A DNA stretch of 63,455 nucleotides, filler included. It is 5 parts of 5 records of this genome, joined end to end, with 100 filler letters (N's around TTAATTAATTAA, not from the genome) between each part and the next. Parts side by side here need not be neighbours in the genome. Positions count along the whole stretch, not along the records: positions 1 to 11,621 come from SRR20825006_2774; 4 more parts are not named here. One strand, given 5' to 3'. The position numbers and the translations under genes are program-made. The notes beneath the pieces were generated by a model. The model did no database searches, was not told the DNA's origin, and saw only the letters and a program-made list of their open reading frames with translations. Shown one piece after another: positions 1 to 9,999 of this stretch (the first letter of the stretch is position 1; every line of letters starts with the position of its first letter).

Positions 1-2
1 TC

Positions 3-1577
3 GTTATAGAGGATCTTGTAGGTGATGTTCACATTCGCGGCGACGGCGGCGCGGATCGCCAGCAGGCCGGAATGGGTATAGGTGCCGTCGCCCAGATTGA
101 CGAACATGTGCTTGTAGTCGGTGAAGGGCGCCATGCCGATCCATGGCGTGCCCTCGGCCCCCATCTGGGTGAAGGTCTTGGTCTCCCGGTGCGGCATCCA
201 GCTTGCCAGGAAGTGGCAGCCGATACCGGCGAAGGAGAGGCTGCCGTCCGGCACTTTCGTCGAGGTGTTGTGCGGGCAGCCGGAACAGAAATAGGGGATG
301 CGCTGGAAGTCCGTCACCGGCTTCAGCGCGGTCTTGGCGTGATCTTCCAGGAAGCTTAGCCGGTCGCGCAGGCGGGTATGGTCCTGCAGTTTCAGGATGC
401 GCCGGGCAAGCAGCCGGGCGATGCTGCTGGCGGACAGCTCGCCGTTCGTCGGCATGATGGTGGCGCCGGTCTCGTCCTTCTTGCCGATGACGCGCGGCCG
501 GTCGGCGAGGTCGAACAGGATCTGCTTCACCTGATCCTCGATCAGCGGGCGCTTCTCCTCGATCACCAGCACTTCCTCGAGCCCGGCGGCGAATTCCTTC
601 AGCCCCTCCGGCTCCAGCGGCCAGGGCATGGCGACCTTGTAGATCCGCAGGCCGAGATCGGCGGCCTCCTCATCGGAGATGCCGAGATCGTCGAGCGCCT
701 GACGGACATCGAGATAGGACTTGCCGACGGTGATGATGCCGATCCGGGGCTTTGGGCTGTCCAGCATCACCTTGTCGAGGCGGTTTGCCCGGGCGAAGGC
801 GAGCACGGCGGGGAGCTTGTGGCTATGCAGCCGCTCCTCCTGCTCGAGCCAGGGGTCCGGCCAGCGGATATTCAGTCCGCCTTCCGGCAGCACGAAATCA
901 TCGGGGGTCACGATTTCAAGCTGCAGCGGGTCGATATCGATAGAGGCGGAGCTGTCCATATTCTCCGCCGTCGCCTTCAGCCCGACCCAGCAGCCGCTGA
1001 ACCGGGACATGGCGAAACCGTAAAGCCCGTAATCGAGCACATCCTGCACGCCGGCCGGATGCAGCATCGGAATGCAGGCATCCATGAAGGCATATTCGCT
1101 CTGGTGCGGGATGGTGGAGGATTTGGCGACATGGTCGTCACCGGCGATTGCCAGGACGCCGCCATGCTCTGCCGTACCGGCGAAGTTCGCGTGTTTGAAG
1201 GCATCGCCGGAGCGGTCGACACCGGGACCCTTGCCGTACCAGATGGAGAAGACGCCGTCATATTTCGCACCCGGATAGAGCCCGGTCTGCTGGCTGCCCC
1301 AGACGGCGGTGGCGGCGAGGTCCTCGTTCAGGCCCGGCTGGAATTCGATATTGTTCTTTTGCATGAAAGCGCGGGCGCGCCAGAGCTGCATGTCGTAGGT
1401 GCCGAGCGGCGAGCCGCGATAGCCGGAGATGAAACAGGCGGTGTTGAGATCCCGCGCCGCATCGCGCTGTCGCTGTGCCATGGGCACGCGCACGAGCGCC
1501 TGAATGCCGGTCATGTAAACCCGCCCCCGGTCGAGGGCGTATTTGTCGTCGAGCGAGACGGGCTTGAGTGCCGTCAT
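3..1577 (-). CDS. Indolepyruvate ferredoxin oxidoreductase family protein (fused type), 3'-truncated by window edge
   Basis: Not in the ORF track because it runs off the edge. Manual translation from ATG 1577 (RBS GGGGAG) gives MTALKPVSLDDKYALDRGRVYMTGIQALVR...FISGYRGSPLG...GLNEDLAATAVWGSQQ...WYGKGPGVDRSGDAFKHAN...GDDHVAKSST, typical of this family. Confidence 0.92.
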   Translation of the reverse strand, partial: MTALKPVSLDDKYALDRGRVYMTGIQALVRVPMAQRQRDAARDLNTACFISGYRGSPLGTYDMQLWRARAFMQKNNIEFQPGLNEDLAATAVWGSQQTGLYPGAKYDGVFSIWYGKGPGVDRSGDAFKHANFAGTAEHGGVLAIAGDDHVAKSSTIPHQSEYAFMDACIPMLHPAGVQDVLDYGLYGFAMSRFSGCWVGLKATAENMDSSASIDIDPLQLEIVTPDDFVLPEGGLNIRWPDPWLEQEERLHSHKLPAVLAFARANRLDKVMLDSPKPRIGIITVGKSYLDVRQALDDLGISDEEAADLGLRIYKVAMPWPLEPEGLKEFAAGLEEVLVIEEKRPLIEDQVKQILFDLADRPRVIGKKDETGATIMPTNGELSASSIARLLARRILKLQDHTRLRDRLSFLEDHAKTALKPVTDFQRIPYFCSGCPHNTSTKVPDGSLSFAGIGCHFLASWMPHRETKTFTQMGAEGTPWIGMAPFTDYKHMFVNLGDGTYTHSGLLAIRAAVAANVNITYKILYN

Positions 1578-1890
1578 GATATCTCCCCGGCAATTCTGGG
1601 TGCCGATTGTCCCGGCACTCCATTTGTTTCATTTGTAATCAAGGTATGCCTCCAACAGGGGTGCGGCAATCGGTGCGGGAGGCTGCCGGGCAAATACGCA
1701 AGAAATTGATAGTGTGACGCGACAGAACGACGCAGTTTTTCGTTAATCGAGGTTCGCACGAAATGAAAAGCATGCCCCGGTCGGAAAACGTTGAATGTGA
1801 AATTCCTGTTTCCGGTGCTTGGCGCCCCGGATTCCTTCCGGCATAAGAGGCCCCGGAATTCCCCGTCTTTCACCGACCCGGAAGAGGCTT

Positions 1891-2895
1891 ATGACGGTAC
1901 TTCTGACTGGCGCTGCAGGGTTCATCGGCATGCATGTGGCGGAGCTGCTGCTGGCACGCGGCGAGCGCGTTGTCGGGATCGATAATCTCAACAGCTATTA
2001 CGATCCGGCCCTGAAACAGGCCCGGCTGAAGAACCTCGAAGGCCGGAACGGCTTCACCTTCGAGGAACTGGAGATCGCGGATACGGACGCGGTCATGGGG
2101 CTGACGGCGCGCTATCCCGATATCGACCGGGTGGTGCATCTCGCGGCGCAAGCCGGGGTGCGCTACTCCATCGACCATCCGGGCGACTATGTCCGCAGCA
2201 ATCTTGTCGGCCATTCCAACATGCTGGAATTCGTCCGTGGCCTGATGGACCGGCCGGGCGGCTGCAAGAGCTTCGTCTATGCCTCCTCCTCGTCGGTCTA
2301 CGGCGCCAACAAGGAGATGCCGTTCAGCACGGATCAGAAGACGGACAGTCCGGTCTCCTTCTATGGCGCGACCAAGAAGGCGAACGAGCTGCTGAGTTAT
2401 TCCTACGCCCATCTCTACCGGGTGCCGTCGACGGGCCTGCGCTTCTTCACGGTCTATGGCCCGTGGGGCCGGCCGGACATGTCGCCCTGGCTGTTCACCA
2501 GCGCCATCCTCGAAGGCCGGCCGATCAAGGTCTTCAACAATGGCGACATGATGCGCGACTTCACCTACATCGCGGACATCGCCGCCGGCGTCGTCGGCGC
2601 GCTCGACACTCCGCCATCCGGCGAAGGGGGGGGCGAGGGCGAGGAATGCCCGCACAAGGTCTACAATATCGGCAACAACAAGCCGGTGAAGCTACTGGAC
2701 TATATCCGGGTGATCGAGAAAGCTTGTGGCACCGAGGCGGTCATGGACATGCAGCCGATGCAGGCAGGCGACGTCTACGCCACCTACGCCAATATCGACC
2801 CGGCATCAGAAGACTTCGGCTACGCACCAAGCACCCCGATCGAGGAAGGCATTCCTGCCTTCGTCGACTGGTACCGGAAGTATCACGGGATTTGA
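1891..2895 (+). CDS. NAD-dependent epimerase, UDP-glucuronate 4-epimerase-like
   Basis: GAAGFIG Rossmann motif, HLAAQAGVRYS, YASSSSVYG, YGATKK, RFFTVYGPWGRPDM. ATG 1891 follows GAGG. Confidence 0.9.
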   Translation: MTVLLTGAAGFIGMHVAELLLARGERVVGIDNLNSYYDPALKQARLKNLEGRNGFTFEELEIADTDAVMGLTARYPDIDRVVHLAAQAGVRYSIDHPGDYVRSNLVGHSNMLEFVRGLMDRPGGCKSFVYASSSSVYGANKEMPFSTDQKTDSPVSFYGATKKANELLSYSYAHLYRVPSTGLRFFTVYGPWGRPDMSPWLFTSAILEGRPIKVFNNGDMMRDFTYIADIAAGVVGALDTPPSGEGGGEGEECPHKVYNIGNNKPVKLLDYIRVIEKACGTEAVMDMQPMQAGDVYATYANIDPASEDFGYAPSTPIEEGIPAFVDWYRKYHGI

Positions 2896-2933
2896 GGGGC
2901 AGATTCCGCTCCTCTTGTTCCCCAAACCCAAAT

Positions 2934-3016
2934 CGTCATCCCCATGCAAATGCGGGACCTAGGGATGACGAGGCGCACTCTAGGATCCCTAGGTTCCCGC
3001 TTTCGCGGGAATGACG
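2934..3016. repeat. REP-like palindromic element (GTCATnCCCGCGAAAGCGGGA type)
   Basis: Left arm CGTCATCCCCATGCAAATGCGGGACCTAGGGAT is a near reverse complement of right arm ATCCCTAGGTTCCCGCTTTCGCGGGAATGACG. It lies between convergent genes. Confidence 0.75.
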
Positions 3017-3089
3017 GTGGTGGGGGAAGCTTTCACACTTCAAAAAATACTCATCCCCGCAAGGGCAGGGATCAGCAGAAAGGTTCAGT

Positions 3090-3791
3090 TCAGGCGACGT
3101 CGACCATGACGATGTCCGTGTCGCCAAGGGCCAGGACGGTGATCTGGTCCTCGCCCGAGACGGCGATGCCGTCTCGCGCTTCGGCAAATTCGCCGTTGAC
3201 CTCAACCGGGGCGTCGGTTGAAACGAGATAGCCCTGCCGACCCGCGCCGAAGCTGTAGGTCACTTCCTCGCCGGACTTCAGTTTGGCGCCGAGAACGGCG
3301 GCATCCTGATGGATGGAGAGGATGTCGCTGGCCCTATCTCCCGGACGGCCCGACGCGAGGGTCGTGAAGCTGCCGGAGGGTTTTTCCGGGAAGCTCATGG
3401 AACCCCAGCCCGGCTCATGCCCTGTCCGGTCGGGATGGATCCAGATCTGGAAGATCTGGGTGTCTTCGTCTTCCAGATTGTATTCCGCATGCACGATGCC
3501 GGTACCGGCATGCATCACCTGGACGTCGCCCGCGACGGTCCGTCCTTCATTGCCGAGCCGGTCCTTGTGGGTGATCGCCCCTTTTCGGACATAGGTGATG
3601 ATTTCCATGTCCTTGTGCGGATGCGGATCGAAACCGGTTTGCGGCTTGATCGTATCATCGTTCCAGACCCGGAGTGGGCCGAGGCCCATGCGCTTCGGGT
3701 CATGATACTGGCCGAAACTGAAATGGTGGTGGGCATTCAGCCAGCCAAACTGGGCCGCGCCGAGCGAGTTGAAATCTCTGACGTCAATCAT
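3090..3791 (-). CDS. Pirin family protein (YhhW-like)
   Basis: GWLNAHHHFSFG, GFDPHPHKDMEIITYV, HKDRLGN, VQVMHAGTGIVHAEYN, FQIWI motifs. Confidence 0.93.
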   Translation of the reverse strand: MIDVRDFNSLGAAQFGWLNAHHHFSFGQYHDPKRMGLGPLRVWNDDTIKPQTGFDPHPHKDMEIITYVRKGAITHKDRLGNEGRTVAGDVQVMHAGTGIVHAEYNLEDEDTQIFQIWIHPDRTGHEPGWGSMSFPEKPSGSFTTLASGRPGDRASDILSIHQDAAVLGAKLKSGEEVTYSFGAGRQGYLVSTDAPVEVNGEFAEARDGIAVSGEDQITVLALGDTDIVMVDVA

Positions 3792-3817
3792 TGTCCCACT
3801 CCTCTCTGGAATGCGGT

Positions 3818-4417
3818 TCAGCCGGCAAGCTTCGCCGCGATGGTTGCTACATGTTTGCCCTGATATTCGGCGAGCGATAGTTCCAGATCGCTCGGCTGAC
3901 GGCTGCCGTCGGGACCCGCGATCGTGCCCGCGCCATAGGGGGAGCCGCCGCGCACTTCCGAGATGTCCGCCAGACCTTCCGCGGCGTAGGGCAGGCCGAC
4001 AATGACCATGCCGTGATGCATCAGTGTCGGGATGGTGGTGAGAATGGTCGACTCGTTACCGCCGCCGGTGCCGGTGGAGGTGAAGACGCTGCCGACCTTG
4101 CCGACCAGCCCGCCCTTGGCCCACAGGCCGCCGGTCTGGTCGAGGAAGTTGCGCATCTGCGACGCCATGTTGCCGAACCGGGTCGGGGTGCCGAAGATGA
4201 TCGCGTCATAGTCGGCAAGTTCCGACGGTGTGGCCACGGGGGCGTTCTGGTCCAGCTTGATGCCGGCATTTTTCGCGACATCGTCCGGCATCAGTTCAGG
4301 AACGCGCTTCACGGTGACCTCGACGCCATCGACAGCGGAGGCGCCCTTGGCGACAGCACCGGCCATGGTTTCGATATGGCCGTAGGATGAATAATAAAGA
4401 ACAAGAAGTTTCGTCAT
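3818..4417 (-). CDS. wrbA: NAD(P)H:quinone oxidoreductase WrbA
   Basis: [41 protein letters not shown] at 4417 follows GGAG. Confidence 0.95.
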   Translation of the reverse strand: MTKLLVLYYSSYGHIETMAGAVAKGASAVDGVEVTVKRVPELMPDDVAKNAGIKLDQNAPVATPSELADYDAIIFGTPTRFGNMASQMRNFLDQTGGLWAKGGLVGKVGSVFTSTGTGGGNESTILTTIPTLMHHGMVIVGLPYAAEGLADISEVRGGSPYGAGTIAGPDGSRQPSDLELSLAEYQGKHVATIAAKLAG

Positions 4418-4471
4418 GATGTGTCTCCCGCGACGGGGTTGCATCGCCGCTTCGACATGAGATTTGGGGAT

Positions 4472-4527
4472 ATTGTTGCGTTCGAACAATTAGGGTAAAA
4501 CGAATAAAATTGTTTCCCATGAGAAAC
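4472..4527. promoter_or_regulatory. Candidate LysR binding sites in the divergent wrbA/lysR promoter
   Basis: Inverted repeat ATTGTT-N7-AACAAT (4472-4490) containing T-N11-A, and a second dyad GTTTC-N6-GAAAC (4512-4527). Confidence 0.5.
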
Positions 4528-4541
4528 TGTGAGAGGGCGCG

Positions 4542-5462
4542 ATGCTGGATAATCTGACCGGGCTGGTGGTGTTTGCGAAAGTCGTCGAGGAGGGAGGTTT
4601 CTCGAAGGCGGCAAGCAGTCTGGGGATTTCCAAATCCTCGGTCTCTAAGCAGGTAAGTGCGCTGGAGGACCATCTCGGCACGCGCCTTCTCAACCGCACG
4701 ACGCGCCGCTTCAGCCTGACCGAGCCCGGCACCCTGCTTTATGAGCGCTGCCAGCGGATTGTGGCGGAAGTCGACGCGGCGGAGCGGGAGGCGGGCTCCC
4801 TGCAGTCAAACCCGAGCGGGCGCCTGCGGATCAGTACGGGTGTGTCCTTTGGCCGTTTGCATCTCGCGCGGGTGCTGCCGGATTTTCTGTTCGAATATCC
4901 CGAACTCAGCATGGAGCTGGTGTTGAATGACCGCCGGGTTGATCTGGTCGAGGAAGGCTACGACGTGGCGCTCCGGATCGGCCGGCTGGAGGATTCGACG
5001 CTGATTGCCCGCAAGCTCTGTCCGGCGCGGCTGGTGACAGTGGCTTCGCCGGATTATCTGAAAAAACGGGGCGAGCCGAAACATCCGGGGGACCTCACGG
5101 GGCACGAGCATCTCGCCTACAGCTATCTCAATGAAGGCACGGCCTGGGATTTCCGTGTCGAGGGGCGGTCCCAGCCATACCGTATCGTCCCGCGCATGCT
5201 GATGAATAACGGCGATGCCATCCTGAGCATGGCGGAACATGGGGGCGGCATCGCCCAGATCCCGACCTTCATTGCCGGGGACAGTATCCGGGCGGGGCGT
5301 CTGCAACAGATCCTGTCCGGCTATGTTCCTGCTCCGATAGGGCTTTATGCCCTTTACCCAAACGCGCGGAACCTGCCGTTGAAGGTGCGTGTCTTCATCG
5401 ACTTTCTGCGCAAGCGGTTCCGGGATAATCCCGAATGGGATGGCGGCCTGGAGCTGGACTGA
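4542..5462 (+). CDS. LysR family transcriptional regulator (CrgA-like)
   Basis: N-terminal HTH FAKVVEEGGFSKAASSLGISKSSVSKQVSALEDHLGTRLLNRTTR, VDLVEEGYDVALRIG, PLKVRVFIDFL. Divergent from wrbA-pirin. Confidence 0.95.
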   Translation: MLDNLTGLVVFAKVVEEGGFSKAASSLGISKSSVSKQVSALEDHLGTRLLNRTTRRFSLTEPGTLLYERCQRIVAEVDAAEREAGSLQSNPSGRLRISTGVSFGRLHLARVLPDFLFEYPELSMELVLNDRRVDLVEEGYDVALRIGRLEDSTLIARKLCPARLVTVASPDYLKKRGEPKHPGDLTGHEHLAYSYLNEGTAWDFRVEGRSQPYRIVPRMLMNNGDAILSMAEHGGGIAQIPTFIAGDSIRAGRLQQILSGYVPAPIGLYALYPNARNLPLKVRVFIDFLRKRFRDNPEWDGGLELD

Positions 5463-5465
5463 AGC

Positions 5466-5954
5466 CTACCAGTCCGAGCCGACCTTCCCGGTCTTCTGGT
5501 AGGCCTCGATCATCTCGGCCAGCCTTTGCCGCTCCTCGCAGCCTTTCCCGCCCGCACAGAGATCATCCAGAACGGCGAGCTTCTGTTCCGCGTCCTGGAC
5601 GCGGCCGGTCTCGAGGTAGAGTTTTGCCGCATAGGCGTTGGCCGCGAGGTTTTTCGGATCGGCCTCCAAAGCCTTCTGATAGGCAAGCTCGCTATCCACG
5701 TAACGTTTGGTCTTGCGCAGGCTGAAGCCGATCAATGCCCAGGCATCGGCATCCTGCGGATCCTCGTCGACGAACGACTGCATGATTTCGAGGCCTTTGG
5801 CATAGTCCCCGTCTTCGATGGCCTTGATGCCGGCAAAGTAGATCGGCGGCCGCTCGATTGCACTGTCGCTGCTTTCGGGGAACACGGCATGGGCGGCGTT
5901 ACCGCTGAATGCGACGAGAAAAGCGATCAGGATCGGCAGGCTGGTTCGGGCCAT
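5466..5954 (-). CDS. Exported tetratricopeptide-repeat protein
   Basis: Signal-peptide-like N-terminus (MARTSLPILIAFLVAFSGNAAHA), TPR-like ADAWALIGFSLRK and YQKALEADPKN, and a C-terminal Cys pair. Confidence 0.8.
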   Translation of the reverse strand: MARTSLPILIAFLVAFSGNAAHAVFPESSDSAIERPPIYFAGIKAIEDGDYAKGLEIMQSFVDEDPQDADAWALIGFSLRKTKRYVDSELAYQKALEADPKNLAANAYAAKLYLETGRVQDAEQKLAVLDDLCAGGKGCEERQRLAEMIEAYQKTGKVGSDW

Positions 5955-6059
5955 CGTTATCGTCTCCCAACATAGTCTCCTGCGATACGCGCGGGAGAAG
6001 CCTCTGGACCTAATATGTCCTTCCCAGAGAGGCAAGAGTGTGGCGCGGCAGAGTGTCTC

Positions 6060-7334
6060 CTACCGGAGGAACCAGGGATTGGCCTGCATGAAGGATTGGC
6101 TGTAATTGGTCCAAGGAAGGGCGTAGGCGTAGGTTTCAATACGGTTTGGGGGGCGTTTTTCTGTATTCGCTAGATTGGCTCGATAGCGGTCAAGATGTTG
6201 TCTTGAAATATCGTGGAAGCGGTCATGAAGTTCGCAATCCTGTTCTAGGCGGCCTTCAATCCGGGCATCCATTTCCATGACGGCGGCGAGTATATCGGCT
6301 GGGCTGTTATCTTCGAGCGCAACCCCGGCGCGATCGAAGGCTGCTACTGTGTTTTCGGTAAAGAGGTCGCGTCCGAGTATCTCGTCATAAGACAGAAGCG
6401 CTCCCGTCGAGCCGTTCCGGTAGGTCTTGAACAGCAGAATATCGTCAGGATTCACCCAGTGATCGTGTTGGGCATATCCGTTCACCTGCACCATTGGTGT
6501 ATTCAACACACGAGCAATCGCTTCCGGACCAGACGCTGAGGTTACGGCAAACCGAGCGGTTGCCATGCAATAAACGTCGAGCAAATCCGAGTAGTCAGGA
6601 TGGTGCGGCAGGTCGACCACCAGAGGATTTTCATGCTCAAGCCTTGTCGATGTGGGATCACCAATCCGGAAGACGCGGTAACCACGCTGGACCAGATAAT
6701 CTATGGCCGGGCCATAATCGGCAATGTTGGCGGTGCGAAAGAAGTTATGAGTCTGGTCCGGCAGGAACTGCTTGTCCCGGACATGCAAAACCACGGAAGG
6801 TCTTCCGTCACCGTATCCCATTGAAGCGAGAAGGCTTGCCCCTTCTTCAAGCAGATCGGGGGGGGCGGTTAGATGTCGGATCGGTTTGCCAGCTTCCATC
6901 TGTTTTACGAAATCCCGCATCAGGGCCGTCATGGAAGTAAGAGCCCAGGACAGAGTCCCGAACTCAATGATGCCGGCGTCAAGATGTCCAAGAGCAACGA
7001 GCTTGCGCTTCATCGTCTCGATAAAGGTGATCTGTGGTTCATGCAGGCGCCGGACGCCGCTGCTGTATTTGTGAAGGCGGCGATCGTAAGTGATAACAGC
7101 AATATTGTCGTGGCTCTCTCCGAAGAGATTGTAGAGGCAGAACGGCTCTAGCGTCAGATGGCCGATACGTGAGGCAATCGGCAATTGGTAGGCCAGTGTT
7201 CGGCCACCTCTTTGGAGAAGAGGGCCAACACATTCCACAAGACTTTGCAAATTGGCCTCTGAAAGAACCTCCGATGCGGATGTCTGGGACACCGAGGTTT
7301 CGTCTTGTATGGAAGCAGGTTGCTTGTCACTCAT
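6060..7334 (-). CDS. Putative glycosyltransferase, TIGR04372-like family
   Basis: RIGHLTLEP, VVLHVRD, RTANIADY, GYRVFRIGD, SGP, EDNSPADILAAVMEM motifs. The start is uncertain (7334 ATG or 7349 GTG). Confidence 0.75.
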   Translation of the reverse strand: MSDKQPASIQDETSVSQTSASEVLSEANLQSLVECVGPLLQRGGRTLAYQLPIASRIGHLTLEPFCLYNLFGESHDNIAVITYDRRLHKYSSGVRRLHEPQITFIETMKRKLVALGHLDAGIIEFGTLSWALTSMTALMRDFVKQMEAGKPIRHLTAPPDLLEEGASLLASMGYGDGRPSVVLHVRDKQFLPDQTHNFFRTANIADYGPAIDYLVQRGYRVFRIGDPTSTRLEHENPLVVDLPHHPDYSDLLDVYCMATARFAVTSASGPEAIARVLNTPMVQVNGYAQHDHWVNPDDILLFKTYRNGSTGALLSYDEILGRDLFTENTVAAFDRAGVALEDNSPADILAAVMEMDARIEGRLEQDCELHDRFHDISRQHLDRYRANLANTEKRPPNRIETYAYALPWTNYSQSFMQANPWFLR

Positions 7335-7491
7335 TCCGTTGAGTTCCACTAGTGCATCTTCAATGTGAGTCTAGCTTGATGCCTCTGGCGATGACAGGCT
7401 GGGGTTCTGTCGCATTGGGTATGCTCACAGAACTGTAGTAATCTGGCGCTATATAGCTCGTCGTTGCGTTCTTCATCCGGTAACAGTTTGC

Positions 7492-9126
7492 ATGCCTGTT
7501 CGACACGCCATCGCTCTCGCGGCGCTATTCCTGGTGCTTTACCTGCCCGGCCTGGGAACCACGCCGCCGCTTGACCGGGACGAGCCGCGATTCATGCAGG
7601 CCTCCAAACAGATGCTCGAAACAGGCGACTATATCGATATCCGCTTTCAGGAAGAGCCGCGCTACAAGAAGCCGGCGCTGATCTACTGGATGCAGGCCGC
7701 GTCGGTATCGCTGTTTGCCGGGGGCGATAAAACCGCGCTCTGGGCCTATCGGTTGCCATCGGTGCTGGGCGCGGTGCTGGCGGTTATTTTCACTTATCTG
7801 ACAGCCGTTACTCTGACCTCGCGATCTGTCGCCATCGTCGCGGCCGGAATACTGGCCTCCAGTATTCTGCTGGTTGCCGAGGCGCATATCGCGAAGACGG
7901 ATGCGATGCTGCTCGCGGCGATCACGGCCGGGCAATATGTCCTGGCGGCGCTCTATCGGGGTGAGCATCGCCGCCATCTTTTCCCGCTGTTCTGGATCGC
8001 GCTCGGGGCCGGGGTGATGCTGAAGGGGCCTGTCGCTCTGGTGCCGGCGCTCGCGACGGTTGCCGGTCTCGGGATCTGGGACCGGACACTGGTTTGGGCA
8101 AAGCCGCTGCGTCCGCTATTTGGCATTCCGTTGATGCTGGCGGTCACGCTGCCCTGGCTCATTGCGATCATCGTGCAGTCGGACGGCCATTTTCTGCAAA
8201 AGGCGGTGGTAGAGGATATGCTGAACAAGGTCGGCGGCGGGGTGGAAAGTCACGGTATGCCGCCGGGCTATTACCTTGCCATTCTCGCGCTGACATTCTG
8301 GCCGGGATCGCTTTTTCTCCCGGTGGCCGTCGCGGGAGCCTGGGTGAAGAGGGCCGAAAAGCCGGTCCGGTTCCTGATCTGCTGGGCTTTGCCGGTCTGG
8401 CTGATGTTCGAGCTGATCCCGACCAAGCTGCCGCATTACACCCTGCCGATATTCCCCGCTCTGGCGATCCTGACGGCGATGGCCGTCACCGACACCGGAG
8501 CGATTGCCCGTCACTTCGGGCGGCGCTGGAGCCGGGGGTGGGGCGGTATCTGGTTGCTTCTCGGGATTGCGCTCGCGGTGGGGTTGCTGGGGAGTCCGCT
8601 CTTCCTGATGCCGCCAGTGACCCTGGCAATGCCGGGGGTGGCGTTCTGGAGCGCCGGGCTGGCGGCTTTGGCGGTCGCGCTCTTCACCACCGTTGCCTAC
8701 TGGCGAGGGACCATGCGTCCGGCCCTGATGGCTGCGATTATCGGCGCCGCGGGTACCTATGTGCTGATCTTCGAAGCCGCGCTGCCGTCTCTTCAGCCGC
8801 TTTGGGTGGGGACGCGGCTTGCCGCTGCGGTTTCCGAATCCGCTCCGGATCGATCCACGCCAGTGTTCATTGCGGGGTTTGGTGAGCCGAGCGCGGTTTT
8901 CCTGCTCGGCACCGGCACAAAACATGGCGGTGGTGCGGCGGCCGCCCGTTATCTTGACGCGGTTCGTGACGGTGTTGTGCTTGTTGAGGCCAGACACCGT
9001 GATGACTTCCTGAAGGAGGCGGAAATCCTCAATCTCCAGCCGGAGGCAGGTGCTACAATCAGGGGGCTGAACTATTCCCGGGGCGACCCGGTGGCTGTTA
9101 CGCTCTACCGCGCCGCACCCCGTTAG
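7492..9126 (+). CDS. ArnT/GT39-type polyprenyl-phosphate-sugar-dependent glycosyltransferase
   Basis: DRDEPRFMQASKQMLETGD, KKPALIYW, KTD, LKGP, TKLPHY motifs and many transmembrane segments. Confidence 0.9.
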   Translation: MPVRHAIALAALFLVLYLPGLGTTPPLDRDEPRFMQASKQMLETGDYIDIRFQEEPRYKKPALIYWMQAASVSLFAGGDKTALWAYRLPSVLGAVLAVIFTYLTAVTLTSRSVAIVAAGILASSILLVAEAHIAKTDAMLLAAITAGQYVLAALYRGEHRRHLFPLFWIALGAGVMLKGPVALVPALATVAGLGIWDRTLVWAKPLRPLFGIPLMLAVTLPWLIAIIVQSDGHFLQKAVVEDMLNKVGGGVESHGMPPGYYLAILALTFWPGSLFLPVAVAGAWVKRAEKPVRFLICWALPVWLMFELIPTKLPHYTLPIFPALAILTAMAVTDTGAIARHFGRRWSRGWGGIWLLLGIALAVGLLGSPLFLMPPVTLAMPGVAFWSAGLAALAVALFTTVAYWRGTMRPALMAAIIGAAGTYVLIFEAALPSLQPLWVGTRLAAAVSESAPDRSTPVFIAGFGEPSAVFLLGTGTKHGGGAAAARYLDAVRDGVVLVEARHRDDFLKEAEILNLQPEAGATIRGLNYSRGDPVAVTLYRAAPR

Positions 9127-9222
9127 GCGCCTGCGACAAATCAGCGTCCCGCCCTTGGCGGTTGATCGGGGCGTCCCCACCCCTTATGAACCGCAAAGGC
9201 AGGCATTTTCGAAAGGGCCGAC

Positions 9223-9999
9223 GTGCCGCATTCAAGTGTTTCCAGTCCCGAGGCAGGCGCCGGTACGCCGCCCTTGCTTTCCGTCATTGTGCCGGTTTTG
9301 AACGAAGCCGAGAACATCGCGCCGCTGGTCGGCGAGATCGAGGCGGCGCTGACCGGCGTCTGTATTTTCGAGATCATCTATATCGACGATTGCAGCAGCG
9401 ATGAGACGCCGGACATCCTGCGGCGCCTGAAGGCGGATCGCCCGCATCTCCGGGTGATCCGGCATGACCGGACCTGCGGGCAGAGCGCGGGCCTTCGAAA
9501 CGGCGTCACCGCCGCGCGGGGCGAGATCATCGCCACGCTGGATGGCGACGGGCAGAACGATCCGGCCGATATCCCGAAGCTGCTGGAGAAGTACCGGCAG
9601 ACTGCGACGATGGAGCAGCCGGTCATGATCACCGGTCACCGGGTTAACCGGCAGGACACCGCGTCCAAGCGGGTGGCGTCGAAATATGCCAACAAGCTGC
9701 GGCGCGCGCTGTTGAAGGACGACAATCCGGATACCGGTTGCTCCCTGAAGCTCTATGCCCGCAACACCTTCCTGCGCTTTCCCTATTTCGATCACATGCA
9801 CCGGTTCCTGCCGGCTCTGGCGAAACGCGAGAATTGCGTGGTGCATGTGGTTCCGGTAAACCATCGCCACCGTCAGCATGGTCAGTCCAAATATTCGAAT
9901 TTCGGCCGTGCATTGGTTGGCATTCCCGACCTGCTGGGCGTGGCCTGGTTGCTGCGCCGGAGTCCGGGCGGCCTTAAAGCGAAAGAAATCGATCAGTGA
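9223..9999 (+). CDS. GT2 polyprenyl-phosphate glycosyltransferase (ArnC/DPM1-like)
   Basis: SVIVPVLNEAENI, IDDCSSD, GQSAGL, LDGDGQNDPADIP, DTGCSLK, HRFLPAL. Confidence 0.92.
   Translation: MPHSSVSSPEAGAGTPPLLSVIVPVLNEAENIAPLVGEIEAALTGVCIFEIIYIDDCSSDETPDILRRLKADRPHLRVIRHDRTCGQSAGLRNGVTAARGEIIATLDGDGQNDPADIPKLLEKYRQTATMEQPVMITGHRVNRQDTASKRVASKYANKLRRALLKDDNPDTGCSLKLYARNTFLRFPYFDHMHRFLPALAKRENCVVHVVPVNHRHRQHGQSKYSNFGRALVGIPDLLGVAWLLRRSPGGLKAKEIDQ

Noticed and set aside
378-1709. 443-aa plus-strand ORF
   Set aside because: Antisense shadow of the indolepyruvate oxidoreductase gene, typical of high-GC coding DNA.
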